Below are positions 1 through 10,124 of a stretch of 64,000 nt of DNA, in pieces. Location of the stretch: IMG/VR virus record IMGVR_UViG_3300037067_012889, positions 256,001 to 320,000 of that record, one strand, 5' to 3'. The notes below the pieces were generated by a model that did no database searches, was not told the DNA's origin, and was given only the letters and a program-made list of their open reading frames with translations. Made by a program: the position numbers and the translations under genes. How positions within the stretch are numbered: position 1 is the stretch's first letter; each line of letters begins with the position of its first letter. The stretch comes from a virus (Duplodnaviria; Caudoviricetes).

Positions 1-577
1 CCAACACAGATTGTAGAGAATTATCTTGTTGCACTAATTGTTCTAATGCCGAAATAGCTTTCTTCGTTTCATTCTGATTTTTCTGATTCTCAGTGATATC
101 CGTTTCAGTATCGATCCTGGCCTGTCTGACGACACTCAATTCCCCATTAAGCTTTGTAAATTGTGTTTCGGCAGAATTATTGATCGCAGTAATATCTGCG
201 TCTGATACACCAAGAGAAGACAAATCAAGTATGTTGGTATTATGCTGTATTTCTAATGAATTGGCTACAAGCATGGGTTGTAATGTTGATTCAGCTGCTG
301 TTTCGAATTCTAATATTTGTCCTACTTCAAATTGTTTCTTAGCAGACCCGATAGATGATGCGTTAGATAAAGTATTCGTATAAACACGTTGACCATCTGG
401 TTTGGTCGTATTTATGGCCGACCGCTGTCTATTTTCTATTGCTGCAGGTAACTTAACCTCCATCAATGTACCATACGGTGGAGCTGTATCACTAATAGTA
501 TACGTGACATTACCATTATCCGACGCTTGTTGCGGGATTACTGATAAATACAACGCTGTTGGATAAGTTATAATCAC
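1..577 (-). CDS. hypothetical protein, 3' end outside window (coiled-coil C-terminal part)
   Basis: Read by hand: GTG at 577 after AGGT, open frame (M)IITYPTALYLSVIPQQ...EQLVATDNSLQSVL to the window edge. Lies directly downstream of the spike gene. Absent from the ORF track because it lacks a stop in the window. Confidence 0.7.
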   Translation of the reverse strand, partial: MIITYPTALYLSVIPQQASDNGNVTYTISDTAPPYGTLMEVKLPAAIENRQRSAINTTKPDGQRVYTNTLSNASSIGSAKKQFEVGQILEFETAAESTLQPMLVANSLEIQHNTNILDLSSLGVSDADITAINNSAETQFTKLNGELSVVRQARIDTETDITENQKNQNETKKAISALEQLVQQDNSLQSVL

Positions 578-602
578 TTTAAGTACCTACAATTCAGATA
601 TT

Positions 603-2744
603 CTACTTTATATCTTTGTTGAGTTCAAGCGCCTCATTATACCTAGTGCCACGATTAGTAGGCTTCAATTGTGGCATATCGGCCGCTGTAAGCATCTCTG
701 GCGGCTCTATCATCGGCGTCTCAAGGACATAACTTGGTAAATGTACTTCTTTATTGACTTTAATAGCATCAGAAGTTATTTCAAGCATACCAGCACCACC
801 CATTAGTGTTACTTTGCCATTACCGCGTGCTGAGATATTATGGCCAGCATAGACCTTTGCATCGTTTTGAGCAATTACCTCGACATCACCATCGCATGAT
901 ATCTGGATTTTACCCGATTCAGCATTTCTTATAATTATCTCTTTTTTATGCTCGTCGAACCACCAGCATATTTTGATGGCATCTGGTTGTTGCCTTGCAC
1001 GACATACAGTCAATTTCTCCTTACCAGAAAACCATAGACCACGATCGTCGAGATCGACAAGTTCAGTCCAAGGATCGTCACCATTACTTCCATCTCTACA
1101 TTCTAGACCCTGCTGAACACCCTGGCGTGCTGGCGGATTAACTACATCTCCCCATGGTACGTCATCCGGTGCATTGCCACCTGCAGTCTTAAATCTGATA
1201 TATTCATTATGAAAGTCTAACTTGATGTGATGAGAACTTAACTCTGTGTCGTCGGCAACTAATGGTTCTTCAAGAAATTCGTTATCCTTAATACCGGCCC
1301 ACGGCATTGGATATAACGGCTTCGAACCAACCATGAAATATTGTAATTTGTCGCTAAGTTGGGCTGTTATTCCAAGAGGACTTCCCCAGGTAGTCTGGTT
1401 AAGTTGATCGTGCTCATTGAATTCCCAGTAGAATCCCTTCGGATCTCCTGAAACTTCGGTTCCTTGGGCACCTGGAGTTCGTCGGCCCTTCAACAATATT
1501 CCATAGCCACGTGGATTCTCTTCTGTATCTGCGTTTTTCTTATCTGAACCACGATCATCTAATACGAGCTTTATTCCGTATCTAGTTACATAACGTATCC
1601 AACGTGCATCGTCTTTCCAATATTCGTCTTCTTTTTCAGTCTTAGTTCCTGTCTCATCTAACAGTTTTCGTTTAACGAAAGTATCATCAACGGGATCAAA
1701 TCCGATATCGGACATTTGGAACAGCATTCCACCTTTTGTACGCAATTTTATCCAACGTTCATCATTATCGGTGTCAGATATTTTACATGGTTTACCATAT
1801 TCATCTTCACGAGTTCTATTCCACCCGACATCACGCATCTCGAATTTATGGCCATACCTAGTTAATGACATCATCCTGCGTTGGTCGGCATCTTTTGCGG
1901 CGTCTTCGTTTATTAGCTTCTGAAGATATTGCCAGCGTGCTATCTCCCAATCTTCGTCTTTTTCGACATCACCATAAAATTCGCCATTTTCAGATGTACT
2001 ACCGGGTGAATCGTCCGGCTTTTGCCACAGATATCCCTGATCACCCATCAGTAATATATGGCCATACTTACTGAGTCGCACCATAAATTTACAATCAGGC
2101 TTGTTGACCTCCGGTGGTAAGCTTGTTTGCTTATATGGTGTCTTTTCACCAGTTGTTTTATCTGTGCTGGTTTGCGATTGTAATGCATCGTTGTCAGCAC
2201 CGGGTGGCTTAGCTTTATGTTCTACTGGAAAGAATCCAACAGAACTAATAATGTCTAGGCTTCCATATCGATCTGCAAAACCACTGCTCATCGGCCTCGA
2301 ATCTTTAGGCAGATAATCCTTATTGTAATCATTTGGCGGATCTATCGCGGTCCCGTTCGAGTCAACGGGCAACGGAGTTACACCATATATAGATGGATAA
2401 GGATAAAACTTTCTTCTTGTCGGAGTACAAAAGCCGGTCCATATCGGACCATATGGATGTTGCTTCTCAAACGTTATCCAAACCCAATCACCAATACACG
2501 GGCATACCCAAGAACCAGCGCGTTTGCCACCAAGATGAAACTGCGAAACCGCCCACGGGCATTCTTCTGGCTTCAAATCCCAATCGTGCATCTCGGGGCA
2601 TTTAAATCTGACCCTATGCATATTCAGAGGATCATTTGTCTCTACAACTAGTGCGCGATATGAGCCAGGGAAACGCTGATTTAGTGGGCGCTCTCGATTT
2701 GATATTAGATGATCTAATCCAACAGTTGCATTATCTTCACTCAT
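603..2744 (-). CDS. baseplate central spike, gp5/VgrG/GpV-like with N-terminal OB fold
   Basis: YRALVVETNDP...RVRFKCP...CPWA...PCIGDWVWITFE..HPYGPIWTG matches the gp5 OB-fold pattern; beta-rich C-terminal repeats (IQISCDGDVEVIAQNDAKVYAGHNIS); baseplate context. Confidence 0.8.
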   Translation of the reverse strand: MSEDNATVGLDHLISNRERPLNQRFPGSYRALVVETNDPLNMHRVRFKCPEMHDWDLKPEECPWAVSQFHLGGKRAGSWVCPCIGDWVWITFEKQHPYGPIWTGFCTPTRRKFYPYPSIYGVTPLPVDSNGTAIDPPNDYNKDYLPKDSRPMSSGFADRYGSLDIISSVGFFPVEHKAKPPGADNDALQSQTSTDKTTGEKTPYKQTSLPPEVNKPDCKFMVRLSKYGHILLMGDQGYLWQKPDDSPGSTSENGEFYGDVEKDEDWEIARWQYLQKLINEDAAKDADQRRMMSLTRYGHKFEMRDVGWNRTREDEYGKPCKISDTDNDERWIKLRTKGGMLFQMSDIGFDPVDDTFVKRKLLDETGTKTEKEDEYWKDDARWIRYVTRYGIKLVLDDRGSDKKNADTEENPRGYGILLKGRRTPGAQGTEVSGDPKGFYWEFNEHDQLNQTTWGSPLGITAQLSDKLQYFMVGSKPLYPMPWAGIKDNEFLEEPLVADDTELSSHHIKLDFHNEYIRFKTAGGNAPDDVPWGDVVNPPARQGVQQGLECRDGSNGDDPWTELVDLDDRGLWFSGKEKLTVCRARQQPDAIKICWWFDEHKKEIIIRNAESGKIQISCDGDVEVIAQNDAKVYAGHNISARGNGKVTLMGGAGMLEITSDAIKVNKEVHLPSYVLETPMIEPPEMLTAADMPQLKPTNRGTRYNEALELNKDIK

Positions 2745-3070
2745 ATTAATTCACTTGCGACTAATGATCTCAGTGGGACAGTGATTGTAGTACCAGCTCT
2801 TGGCCAGTTGAGTGATTCTGTTGCATTGTTCATAGCTATCAATAGCCAATCAAGCGATGCGTTCCCATATAATTCATATGCGATAAGATCTGGCCTGCCT
2901 TCATGCGCATTGTTTACTACATATATACTAGTGTTATTAGTCAACGTATCTGTTATAGGGCTTTTCCATCTACCATATGTCTCGTTATTGTCATATAGCA
3001 CTCTATCAGTGTTGTTGAATCTTGAGTACGCATATTGTGTTGTTGTATCCATGCTAATCCTCATTGCCAC
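2741..3070 (-). CDS. baseplate wedge protein, gp53/LysM (tail X)-like
   Basis: EGRPDLIAYELYGNASLDWLLIAMNN...AGTTITVP motif. Confidence 0.75.
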   Translation of the reverse strand: MAMRISMDTTTQYAYSRFNNTDRVLYDNNETYGRWKSPITDTLTNNTSIYVVNNAHEGRPDLIAYELYGNASLDWLLIAMNNATESLNWPRAGTTITVPLRSLVASELI

Positions 3071-3696
3071 TCTGTAGGAACTGCACCCAGTAGACCTTTA
3101 ATATCAATTTTATCACTAGTAGTAGTTTTCCCAGATGCATCTGTACGTTTATTAGTCTCGGCCTCTGTGGCGTTCCCTCTAGTCCACAATTGCATATCGA
3201 CCTTTATGTTAGTCACAACTGGGTGTGCTCGATCTAGCTGATCGTTGGTGGGTTCTGAACCATCATTTGGTATATATAATGCTTTGCCATGCGAAACATT
3301 TATTGCACCGAGTCGGCAAGTCATCTCTTTATCGCCGCCGAACTTCCACATCTTAAAAAACACGATTAAATCATCAGCAGTAGCCGTTGGGCCTTTTCTA
3401 GTATAATAATTACGCAATTTTATAATCTCGCCTCTAACTTTCTCAGTAGACCAGTTATTCACACCGATTATATAAGTCCATTCTAATACAAACTTCCTAG
3501 CACCAGATGTTTTCCATATCTGGACCGGCTGATCTCCGGGGATCTCCGCCTCAATCCAAGTTCCAGACCGATTATCGGATAAAATTTTCGGTGGAAATTG
3601 GAATTTAATTGTATTAGCATCACCAGCATCGGTACCGATCTTGAATACGACTCTGTTTGCAAGATTAGTGTCGGTCGACAATAAGTTTGCTGCCAT
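3061..3696 (-). CDS. contractile-tail tube initiator (CIS tube-like domain)
   Basis: IKFQFPPKILSDNRSGTWIE..IPG..P.QIW..SGARKF.LE pattern; lies between the tape measure and the LysM gene. Confidence 0.6.
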   Translation of the reverse strand: MAANLLSTDTNLANRVVFKIGTDAGDANTIKFQFPPKILSDNRSGTWIEAEIPGDQPVQIWKTSGARKFVLEWTYIIGVNNWSTEKVRGEIIKLRNYYTRKGPTATADDLIVFFKMWKFGGDKEMTCRLGAINVSHGKALYIPNDGSEPTNDQLDRAHPVVTNIKVDMQLWTRGNATEAETNKRTDASGKTTTSDKIDIKGLLGAVPTEWQ

Positions 3697-3697
3697 G

Positions 3698-6600
3698 TTA
3701 CGACCAATTATTCATTCTAGTACCTAGCTTGGATGGCGATTCACCAAGTTTCGGTAAGTGTTCTTCCAACAAGCCCCTGATTACACCAACATCCTCAACA
3801 TTACCTTTTGTCAACGAAGTGACAGCACCAGCAATCACACTCATCAAGTCAATTTGCTGCTTCTGCATATCCTCTTGTTGCCAACGTGCTGATAAAACGC
3901 TCCCACTGGTCTCTGTTTTAACTTGAATCGTCGATATTGTCTCAGCTGCTACTCTCTTTTTATCTGTTGCTTCGGTCGATCCGATTGGAACATCGAACTT
4001 AGATGATATTGATTCCAATGCTGCAAAAGAAATTTTCAACTCATCAATTTGCGATTTAATCTTCTCCTGCCCCGACTGGATCGCAGAAGCTATGAGGCCA
4101 GTAATATACTCTATTACTGGAATTGATGGTATTAAACTATAGAACGCACCAACAATATCGTCAATCCTTAATTCAGGTATTCTACCAACCGATTGCATAA
4201 GTACTGATAATGCGTAGCTCACAGACAATAATGCCGCAGCATCAATTGCAGACAAACGTTCTAAACCGGCCGCCAATCCGCCCATCCCCTTAGCGAACAT
4301 AATACCGAAACCAGCAGCTGCAGTAAATGCCATGATGCCCGGTGCGACAGCTGCTAATGCGTAGCCGAAATTAGCTAAAGTACCATCACTAAGTGTTTTC
4401 ATTTTAGCAACAGCGCTATCGCTAAGCAAAAACATCGCAACACTTAGCCCGCCCATGCCGAGCCCCAATGCAATAGAAGCAGCGAGCATGGCTGCACCAC
4501 CTATACCTATGGTTATTGCTGCGACAATCAACTCACCTCCAAATATTATCAATGCACCTCCAAGAAGCAAGAGATCTGCACCAGAAATTTCAGATATTCT
4601 TAAAAGACTGTCTGTAGCCTTCTCAAATGCTAATGAAAGAACATATGCGGCACCGGCCGCAAGCATCGCCGCACCAGCAATAACTACCAAAACAGCGGCT
4701 AACGCGACAGCAGCTAAAGCACCAACGCCGGTTGACATGCCCAGTACAGCCAATGCCAATATACCAAATACTACAGCAAGTGCACCTACTGCACTCCAAA
4801 GTTTTCCATAATCAAGATCTGCTAGCATCTTAATCGCATATGCGATGGCGAGAATTCCGGCACCAACAGACAATGCCGCTGCGGCAATAGCGAATAATTT
4901 CGGTGCGTTTGTAACTCTCATGAACACATACCACAAACCAATAACTGCTGCAGCGCCAGCAAATGCTAAAAATATTGCACCAATGCCAGCAGCAACAAGT
5001 GTTAATCCTTTTTCTAAAGGACCACAATGTGACCATATGGTCGACAATATATTCCCTAGCCAGCCAAGACCAGTAACTGCAGGTTTAGCTGCTTTGTTCA
5101 GTTCATCTATAGCACCAGCCGCCGCTTTTGCTGGTGGTACAGTTCCAGATAAAACACTCATAAACCAAGCAACATTTTCGATGATAGGCGTTAAAACACT
5201 ATCAAGAAACCACCTCATAGTTGGTTCTATTGCGATAAATATATCTTGCCACGCAGCTTGCATTTTGCCCCATAATACTTCAAATGTTTTCGATAATGAA
5301 TTGATCGAAGAGCCGTAAAGATAATTCCGTTTAGCATCGCCGGTCAGTTGTTCAGCAGCTGCATCTTCTGCATCTTTTACCAGTTTTAACGCCTTTACCA
5401 AATCGCCACTAGAGGCTGTGAATACGTTGATTGGCTTGTCGCCAGCTTTCAAAGTCTCATTAATACGCATCTGTGCTCTGATAAACCCATCAGCAGCTTC
5501 CCCAGACATATGTGTAGCTTCTTTGAAAGCATCTAACATTACTGTATATGCAACACCGCGCCCACCAGTTTTCTTATATGTTTCTGCTAATTGGTTGACT
5601 TGCTTATTAAGACCGTCAGTGGCTCTAGCCATATCGGTCGCAGCCTTTTGTTGCGTTATATCTAATTTAGCGATACGTGCTGCGGCCTCTTCTGAAACCT
5701 TACCCATCCCAACAAAATAGCTCGAAGCATATGGATCTGTAAATATCTCATTTAGTGATTTCTGCATGTCAGAAACTTGATTAGCGGGTAAATTTAACGC
5801 ATTACCCAATCCAGCCATATTTGTCTGCATTTCATTTATAGCACTGGTCCCTTCTTTGCCCCATAACATATTAAGTCGTGCCGCTTTATTAGCTTGATCA
5901 CCAAGAATACCGGCTACCTGTTGGGCTGATAGTCCTAATCTTTTCATAGACTCTGATTGTCTCAACAATAAAGAGTCTGCTTCCTTACTAGTCAGGCCGA
6001 CTCCCATCATAGCACGCTGCCAAGCAGCAAGGTCTTTTTGATTCACACCGAGCATATTAGAATACATCGCATTGGTGGCGACCATTTTGCTCAAATCATC
6101 TTTATTTGTGCGTACAATGGCCGCAAGCTCGGTATATCCAATCATACTCTCTTTAAACATCAACTTATTTGCGGTAGTCGTCTTTCCAACTTGTCTCAAT
6201 ATGTCAGATTGTGTACCATAGATACGATAATTCAAAGTATTAAATCTATTTTGGCTATCTACAAAGCCAGTAAAACCCACTTTGAACGCTTCTATGCCTA
6301 TGAGCATGGAGGCAAAACCAGCGACAGTGTCTACTATGGCTTTTTTAGTACTTGTCCACGCAGCAGCTACTTGGTTGCCAGCGGCACCAAGTAAGCTAGA
6401 TTGTCCAGCGGCACCACCAATAGCATTATTAACATTAGTCCATGCGGCAGCAACTTGGTTGCCGGTCGTTACGTGTTTTCCTCCTTGGGCAGAGACCGCA
6501 TTGCTCGATTTACCAATATCATGCCATACTGCATTAATCTCTTCACCAGTATCGACTTGCTGTGTGATACTATCTATCAGCGCATCGCTATCAATATTTC

Positions 6601-6958
6601 GACTTTTTACTACTTGATTCAAAAGCTTTTGTTGCTTTAATTGTTTTTCCAGCTCTGTCGTTATAGTATGATAATTTTTAGATGTTAGAGATATTGTTTT
6701 ACTTGCCTTGGTAAAATCGGTATTGAGTTGTGTTGTCGTGTCGGAAATCTTTTCAGTCGAAATAGATATTTGTTCGAATTGGTCTTGGATCGTAGTTAGC
6801 GTTTTAGTGACTTTGTCGGATAGAATCTGCCCAACTTTTTCTATCCCATTTCGGATATTTGTGATAGCATCAAGCACATCACCAAAACCAGCGATAGCTG
6901 GTTTAGTTTGTACGTTGAACGCCAGGTTCAAGGCATAACTATTAATGTCGTCTGCCAT
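3698..6958 (-). CDS. tail tape measure protein
   Basis: 1086 aa, Ala/Gly-rich helical sequence with long hydrophobic C-terminal stretches; tail operon position. Confidence 0.8.
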   Translation of the reverse strand: MADDINSYALNLAFNVQTKPAIAGFGDVLDAITNIRNGIEKVGQILSDKVTKTLTTIQDQFEQISISTEKISDTTTQLNTDFTKASKTISLTSKNYHTITTELEKQLKQQKLLNQVVKSRNIDSDALIDSITQQVDTGEEINAVWHDIGKSSNAVSAQGGKHVTTGNQVAAAWTNVNNAIGGAAGQSSLLGAAGNQVAAAWTSTKKAIVDTVAGFASMLIGIEAFKVGFTGFVDSQNRFNTLNYRIYGTQSDILRQVGKTTTANKLMFKESMIGYTELAAIVRTNKDDLSKMVATNAMYSNMLGVNQKDLAAWQRAMMGVGLTSKEADSLLLRQSESMKRLGLSAQQVAGILGDQANKAARLNMLWGKEGTSAINEMQTNMAGLGNALNLPANQVSDMQKSLNEIFTDPYASSYFVGMGKVSEEAAARIAKLDITQQKAATDMARATDGLNKQVNQLAETYKKTGGRGVAYTVMLDAFKEATHMSGEAADGFIRAQMRINETLKAGDKPINVFTASSGDLVKALKLVKDAEDAAAEQLTGDAKRNYLYGSSINSLSKTFEVLWGKMQAAWQDIFIAIEPTMRWFLDSVLTPIIENVAWFMSVLSGTVPPAKAAAGAIDELNKAAKPAVTGLGWLGNILSTIWSHCGPLEKGLTLVAAGIGAIFLAFAGAAAVIGLWYVFMRVTNAPKLFAIAAAALSVGAGILAIAYAIKMLADLDYGKLWSAVGALAVVFGILALAVLGMSTGVGALAAVALAAVLVVIAGAAMLAAGAAYVLSLAFEKATDSLLRISEISGADLLLLGGALIIFGGELIVAAITIGIGGAAMLAASIALGLGMGGLSVAMFLLSDSAVAKMKTLSDGTLANFGYALAAVAPGIMAFTAAAGFGIMFAKGMGGLAAGLERLSAIDAAALLSVSYALSVLMQSVGRIPELRIDDIVGAFYSLIPSIPVIEYITGLIASAIQSGQEKIKSQIDELKISFAALESISSKFDVPIGSTEATDKKRVAAETISTIQVKTETSGSVLSARWQQEDMQKQQIDLMSVIAGAVTSLTKGNVEDVGVIRGLLEEHLPKLGESPSKLGTRMNNWS

Positions 6959-8331
6959 TATATTCCCTTACCAACATCTTTTGCTGAAGCATTCCTGTCA
7001 AGCCTATAGCAATATAAGTCCGTGATCCAGCTACCAGGTTTATAGATATGATGAAATCCATAAACAATCCAGTTACCTGCAACAAAATATGGCGGGCCAC
7101 CATCGACAGACGATGATAATGTAATATTTATAGTATCGGCACCAAGACCCTCAGAACCAGACCATATATAATGGCCCATAACACGAAATCGTATACGTAA
7201 CAGTGTCGAGCTGGACGACAGATAGATACCACGCGCTATGCCATCGATATATTCATGATATCTCAGCCCCATATCACCAGCAGAAAATTCTGGTATCGAT
7301 GCAACATCGCTCCAACCTACACATCCATCATCAGTTGGATCAGCATTAGCATTTGGCTTTATATATGATCTCTTAAGTATGTTGTTAGAAACATCGACTT
7401 TTGGTTTGAATTTATTACTAGTCTGATTATCTCCAACAAATACTACGTCTTTATTCTTTTTATATTGTGATTGATCAAAATATGCACCAGACACAGCCGA
7501 TATGCCGCTTGTAACCAATTGATGCTGTATCATTTGCAATGCATTATCGCCAATAAATTCCCAATCGATTATGTCACCGGTTCTAGCATCTTGTGTTCCT
7601 GAATAACCTCTCCATTCATAAGTTGCTCTATATTGCGATTCCATAGAAGCTTGTTCTTTGATTATCAGCTTATCGCCATCTGGATATAGCAACCATCTCG
7701 TTTTGTTCTCTGATAACGAAGTAGACCATTCTAACAAAGACATTATGAATGTCTTTGGATCCATCCTCATTTGCCACCATCTATTGAATTTGTTGTCTTG
7801 TGTCTCGCTATCAAAAACCACCTCACATCTACTTTTACTATATTTAGTGACAACTTGTTGTATGACAGAAGATATATTTCCTTGATAACTCGCACCGCCA
7901 GCATCACCACCAGCAAGAATATATGATGGATAGTCAACAGCTAGAAATTCTATCTCTGAAGCATTCGTATTTCCACTTGGTGCCATTGTAACAAGTGCAT
8001 GGCTTTGCGTTTCTGTCTTAACATTAGAACTAGTATTCCATTTTATGAGACTTTGGATCTCTACTGGTGCCATTACTTCTGAACGACTATAATCAAAATA
8101 TTCATTACCAACAAAATTTTTGTAGATCGTAAAATATGGATCTAGAAATTTGGCACGTACCTGCTCGCCACCATTAAGCATTGCCATGAATTCATATTTA
8201 ACACAACTACCTCCGACATCTACACCAACAGATGACGGCATAGAAGGCGTGCGTATTTTCACAACAACGATTGGCGATGCGCCTACTTGTGCGATACTAT
8301 CGTCAATTAAGCGCTTACTACTAGTAGCCAC
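6958..8331 (-). CDS. putative baseplate hub protein (gp27/GpD-like)
   Basis: 457 aa; C-terminal FVAGNWIVYGFHHIYKPGSWITDL pattern typical of hub proteins; GTG start with AGGAG SD; stop overlaps the tape measure start. Confidence 0.55.
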   Translation of the reverse strand: MATSSKRLIDDSIAQVGASPIVVVKIRTPSMPSSVGVDVGGSCVKYEFMAMLNGGEQVRAKFLDPYFTIYKNFVGNEYFDYSRSEVMAPVEIQSLIKWNTSSNVKTETQSHALVTMAPSGNTNASEIEFLAVDYPSYILAGGDAGGASYQGNISSVIQQVVTKYSKSRCEVVFDSETQDNKFNRWWQMRMDPKTFIMSLLEWSTSLSENKTRWLLYPDGDKLIIKEQASMESQYRATYEWRGYSGTQDARTGDIIDWEFIGDNALQMIQHQLVTSGISAVSGAYFDQSQYKKNKDVVFVGDNQTSNKFKPKVDVSNNILKRSYIKPNANADPTDDGCVGWSDVASIPEFSAGDMGLRYHEYIDGIARGIYLSSSSTLLRIRFRVMGHYIWSGSEGLGADTINITLSSSVDGGPPYFVAGNWIVYGFHHIYKPGSWITDLYCYRLDRNASAKDVGKGI

Positions 8332-8601
8332 ATGAAACTCCTCTTTATCAAGTTTGACCCCGTCAAGAAACCGGCATTATTCCTCCTAATGGATGACGAT
8401 GGCAAGAGACTGGCACTGTTAAAACACCAGGCAATGGATAAATCGGAAATACCGATAATCCGAGCAGCGTTTCCGAAGTTAAAGAGAATGTCGCTGCCTG
8501 AAAAAATGGCATGGTTTCGGAGGCTACGTTCGTGGAAGATTGCATATAGACAATTCACTAAAGCAAAAGTTACCATTCTCTCGGAGTATACACCAAAGTA
8601 A
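8332..8601 (+). CDS. hypothetical protein (basic)
   Basis: 89-aa ORF with protein-like composition; head-to-head with the hub gene with no gap. Confidence 0.5.
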   Translation: MKLLFIKFDPVKKPALFLLMDDDGKRLALLKHQAMDKSEIPIIRAAFPKLKRMSLPEKMAWFRRLRSWKIAYRQFTKAKVTILSEYTPK

Positions 8602-8660
8602 TACTATATCTACCGACTTCACAAAATTTAGCTGGTGCCGTCGTCGTGCTATAATAAGAT

Positions 8661-9017
8661 ATGATGAAATATAAACAGCTTAGACAGAGATATATAGATT
8701 ATCTCTCTGTAACCACAGAATGTCGTGATCTCAAAAGTAGAGTTCGCAATGGTGAGTTGTCTAGCGCCCGCTTGACTGCTTGCGAATCAGAAATAGCACG
8801 ACTATCAAAAGAAATAGATGATTACGAGGCATTTTTCACACACCTCGAAAAGATTGGCGATCCGGTATGGATTAAAATGGCAAAAGAATTAGATATGGAA
8901 TTCGAGAACGATAATCCGAGCCCGATAAGTTTCTGGCAAATAATGAAAAAATTCATCGGGACAGTATCTATGCTGATTGTTGGTATGTGGGTGATTGATC
9001 GCCTACGAAGAAAATAA
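8661..9017 (+). CDS. hypothetical coiled-coil protein with C-terminal transmembrane segment
   Basis: 118 aa; hydrophobic FIGTVSMLIVGMWVI followed by basic RLRRK. Confidence 0.6.
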   Translation: MMKYKQLRQRYIDYLSVTTECRDLKSRVRNGELSSARLTACESEIARLSKEIDDYEAFFTHLEKIGDPVWIKMAKELDMEFENDNPSPISFWQIMKKFIGTVSMLIVGMWVIDRLRRK

Positions 9018-10103
9018 TCATACCAACAATTTAGGCTTCGGCGCGGCCGTAAGCTGCTTCAACCTGTTTTCTAGATATAGTCGTTGTTGCAGGTTGTACG
9101 GCTTAACACTTTTCTCAAAAATGCTCCTAATTGCCGCGTCGTCTTCCACTTTAGTTAGATCATTCCAATCGTTACTCATTTTGCCATCTGGAAGTTTAAT
9201 AATCGGTGGCAACGCATAATAAAGCTTATACTTGAGCGGCTGCAACATTAAAGCGTTGTGGAATATGCTCTCGATTCCAGCTTTATCGTGATCAGGGGCT
9301 AAAATTATCCCATCTTTAGGACCAAGTAACCGTATTTTCTTGGCCTGAGTATCCGTAAGTGATGCACCGCCTGTTGCTAAACATTGGTCCTCTAATGTCA
9401 AGCAATTAAAGATAGATTCAGTGATGATTATAAAACTAGCTGGCTCTATTTGGTCAAAAGCATAAAAGAATTGACCCTTTGTCACTCCGACGCTTTCAGG
9501 CGGAAAACGAAAAATCTTGTTTATTCGCGATCTGCTTTGCCAGTAAACAAGATCGTCATATTCATAATATGGCCACACAACATTCAAACCATTGTACATT
9601 ATCCTATATTTCTCGATTTTTCTCTTACCGACACCTCTACTTTCTAACCAAGTAATCAAACCAGCAACCAGTTTTGGTTGCGATTTACCGAACTCTGTCG
9701 TACCGCTTGGGAGTTCAAGAGATGCAGTTTCTTTTGATTCTGATAAAAGACGTGTTCTGTGCCATTTTAATAGCGACAAAGCACCAGAAGACACTCCCAA
9801 AACGTCTTGTAATGCTTCAGAAAACGAGCATCGGCCTCGTTGTTGTATTAAATATTGCTGGACGAATCTTATGAACGTCCTACTATTCATACCACCGGTA
9901 TTTAGACTATAGCCAGACCAAGCAGAATCACCTCTCCAATCATGGACGCAACCCTTGGTTATACTTATATTGAAATGATAACCAGAGTCGCCATTAAACG
10001 GATTGTTAATCCTTAATTCTTCACCATCTTTCCTTGGTTTACAATCAGGAAAATTCTTATAGACCCAAGCTGCTATCTTATCTGGTGGTAGTGGTATTCG
10101 CAT
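9018..10103 (-). CDS. DNA primase (Toprim, T4 gp61-like)
   Basis: WLESRGV, YWQSR, IIITESIFN, LATGGASL, IILAPDHDKAG and NDWND Toprim motifs. Confidence 0.85.
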   Translation of the reverse strand: MRIPLPPDKIAAWVYKNFPDCKPRKDGEELRINNPFNGDSGYHFNISITKGCVHDWRGDSAWSGYSLNTGGMNSRTFIRFVQQYLIQQRGRCSFSEALQDVLGVSSGALSLLKWHRTRLLSESKETASLELPSGTTEFGKSQPKLVAGLITWLESRGVGKRKIEKYRIMYNGLNVVWPYYEYDDLVYWQSRSRINKIFRFPPESVGVTKGQFFYAFDQIEPASFIIITESIFNCLTLEDQCLATGGASLTDTQAKKIRLLGPKDGIILAPDHDKAGIESIFHNALMLQPLKYKLYYALPPIIKLPDGKMSNDWNDLTKVEDDAAIRSIFEKSVKPYNLQQRLYLENRLKQLTAAPKPKLLV

Positions 10104-10124
10104 ATGCCGTGAAATACCGCAATA

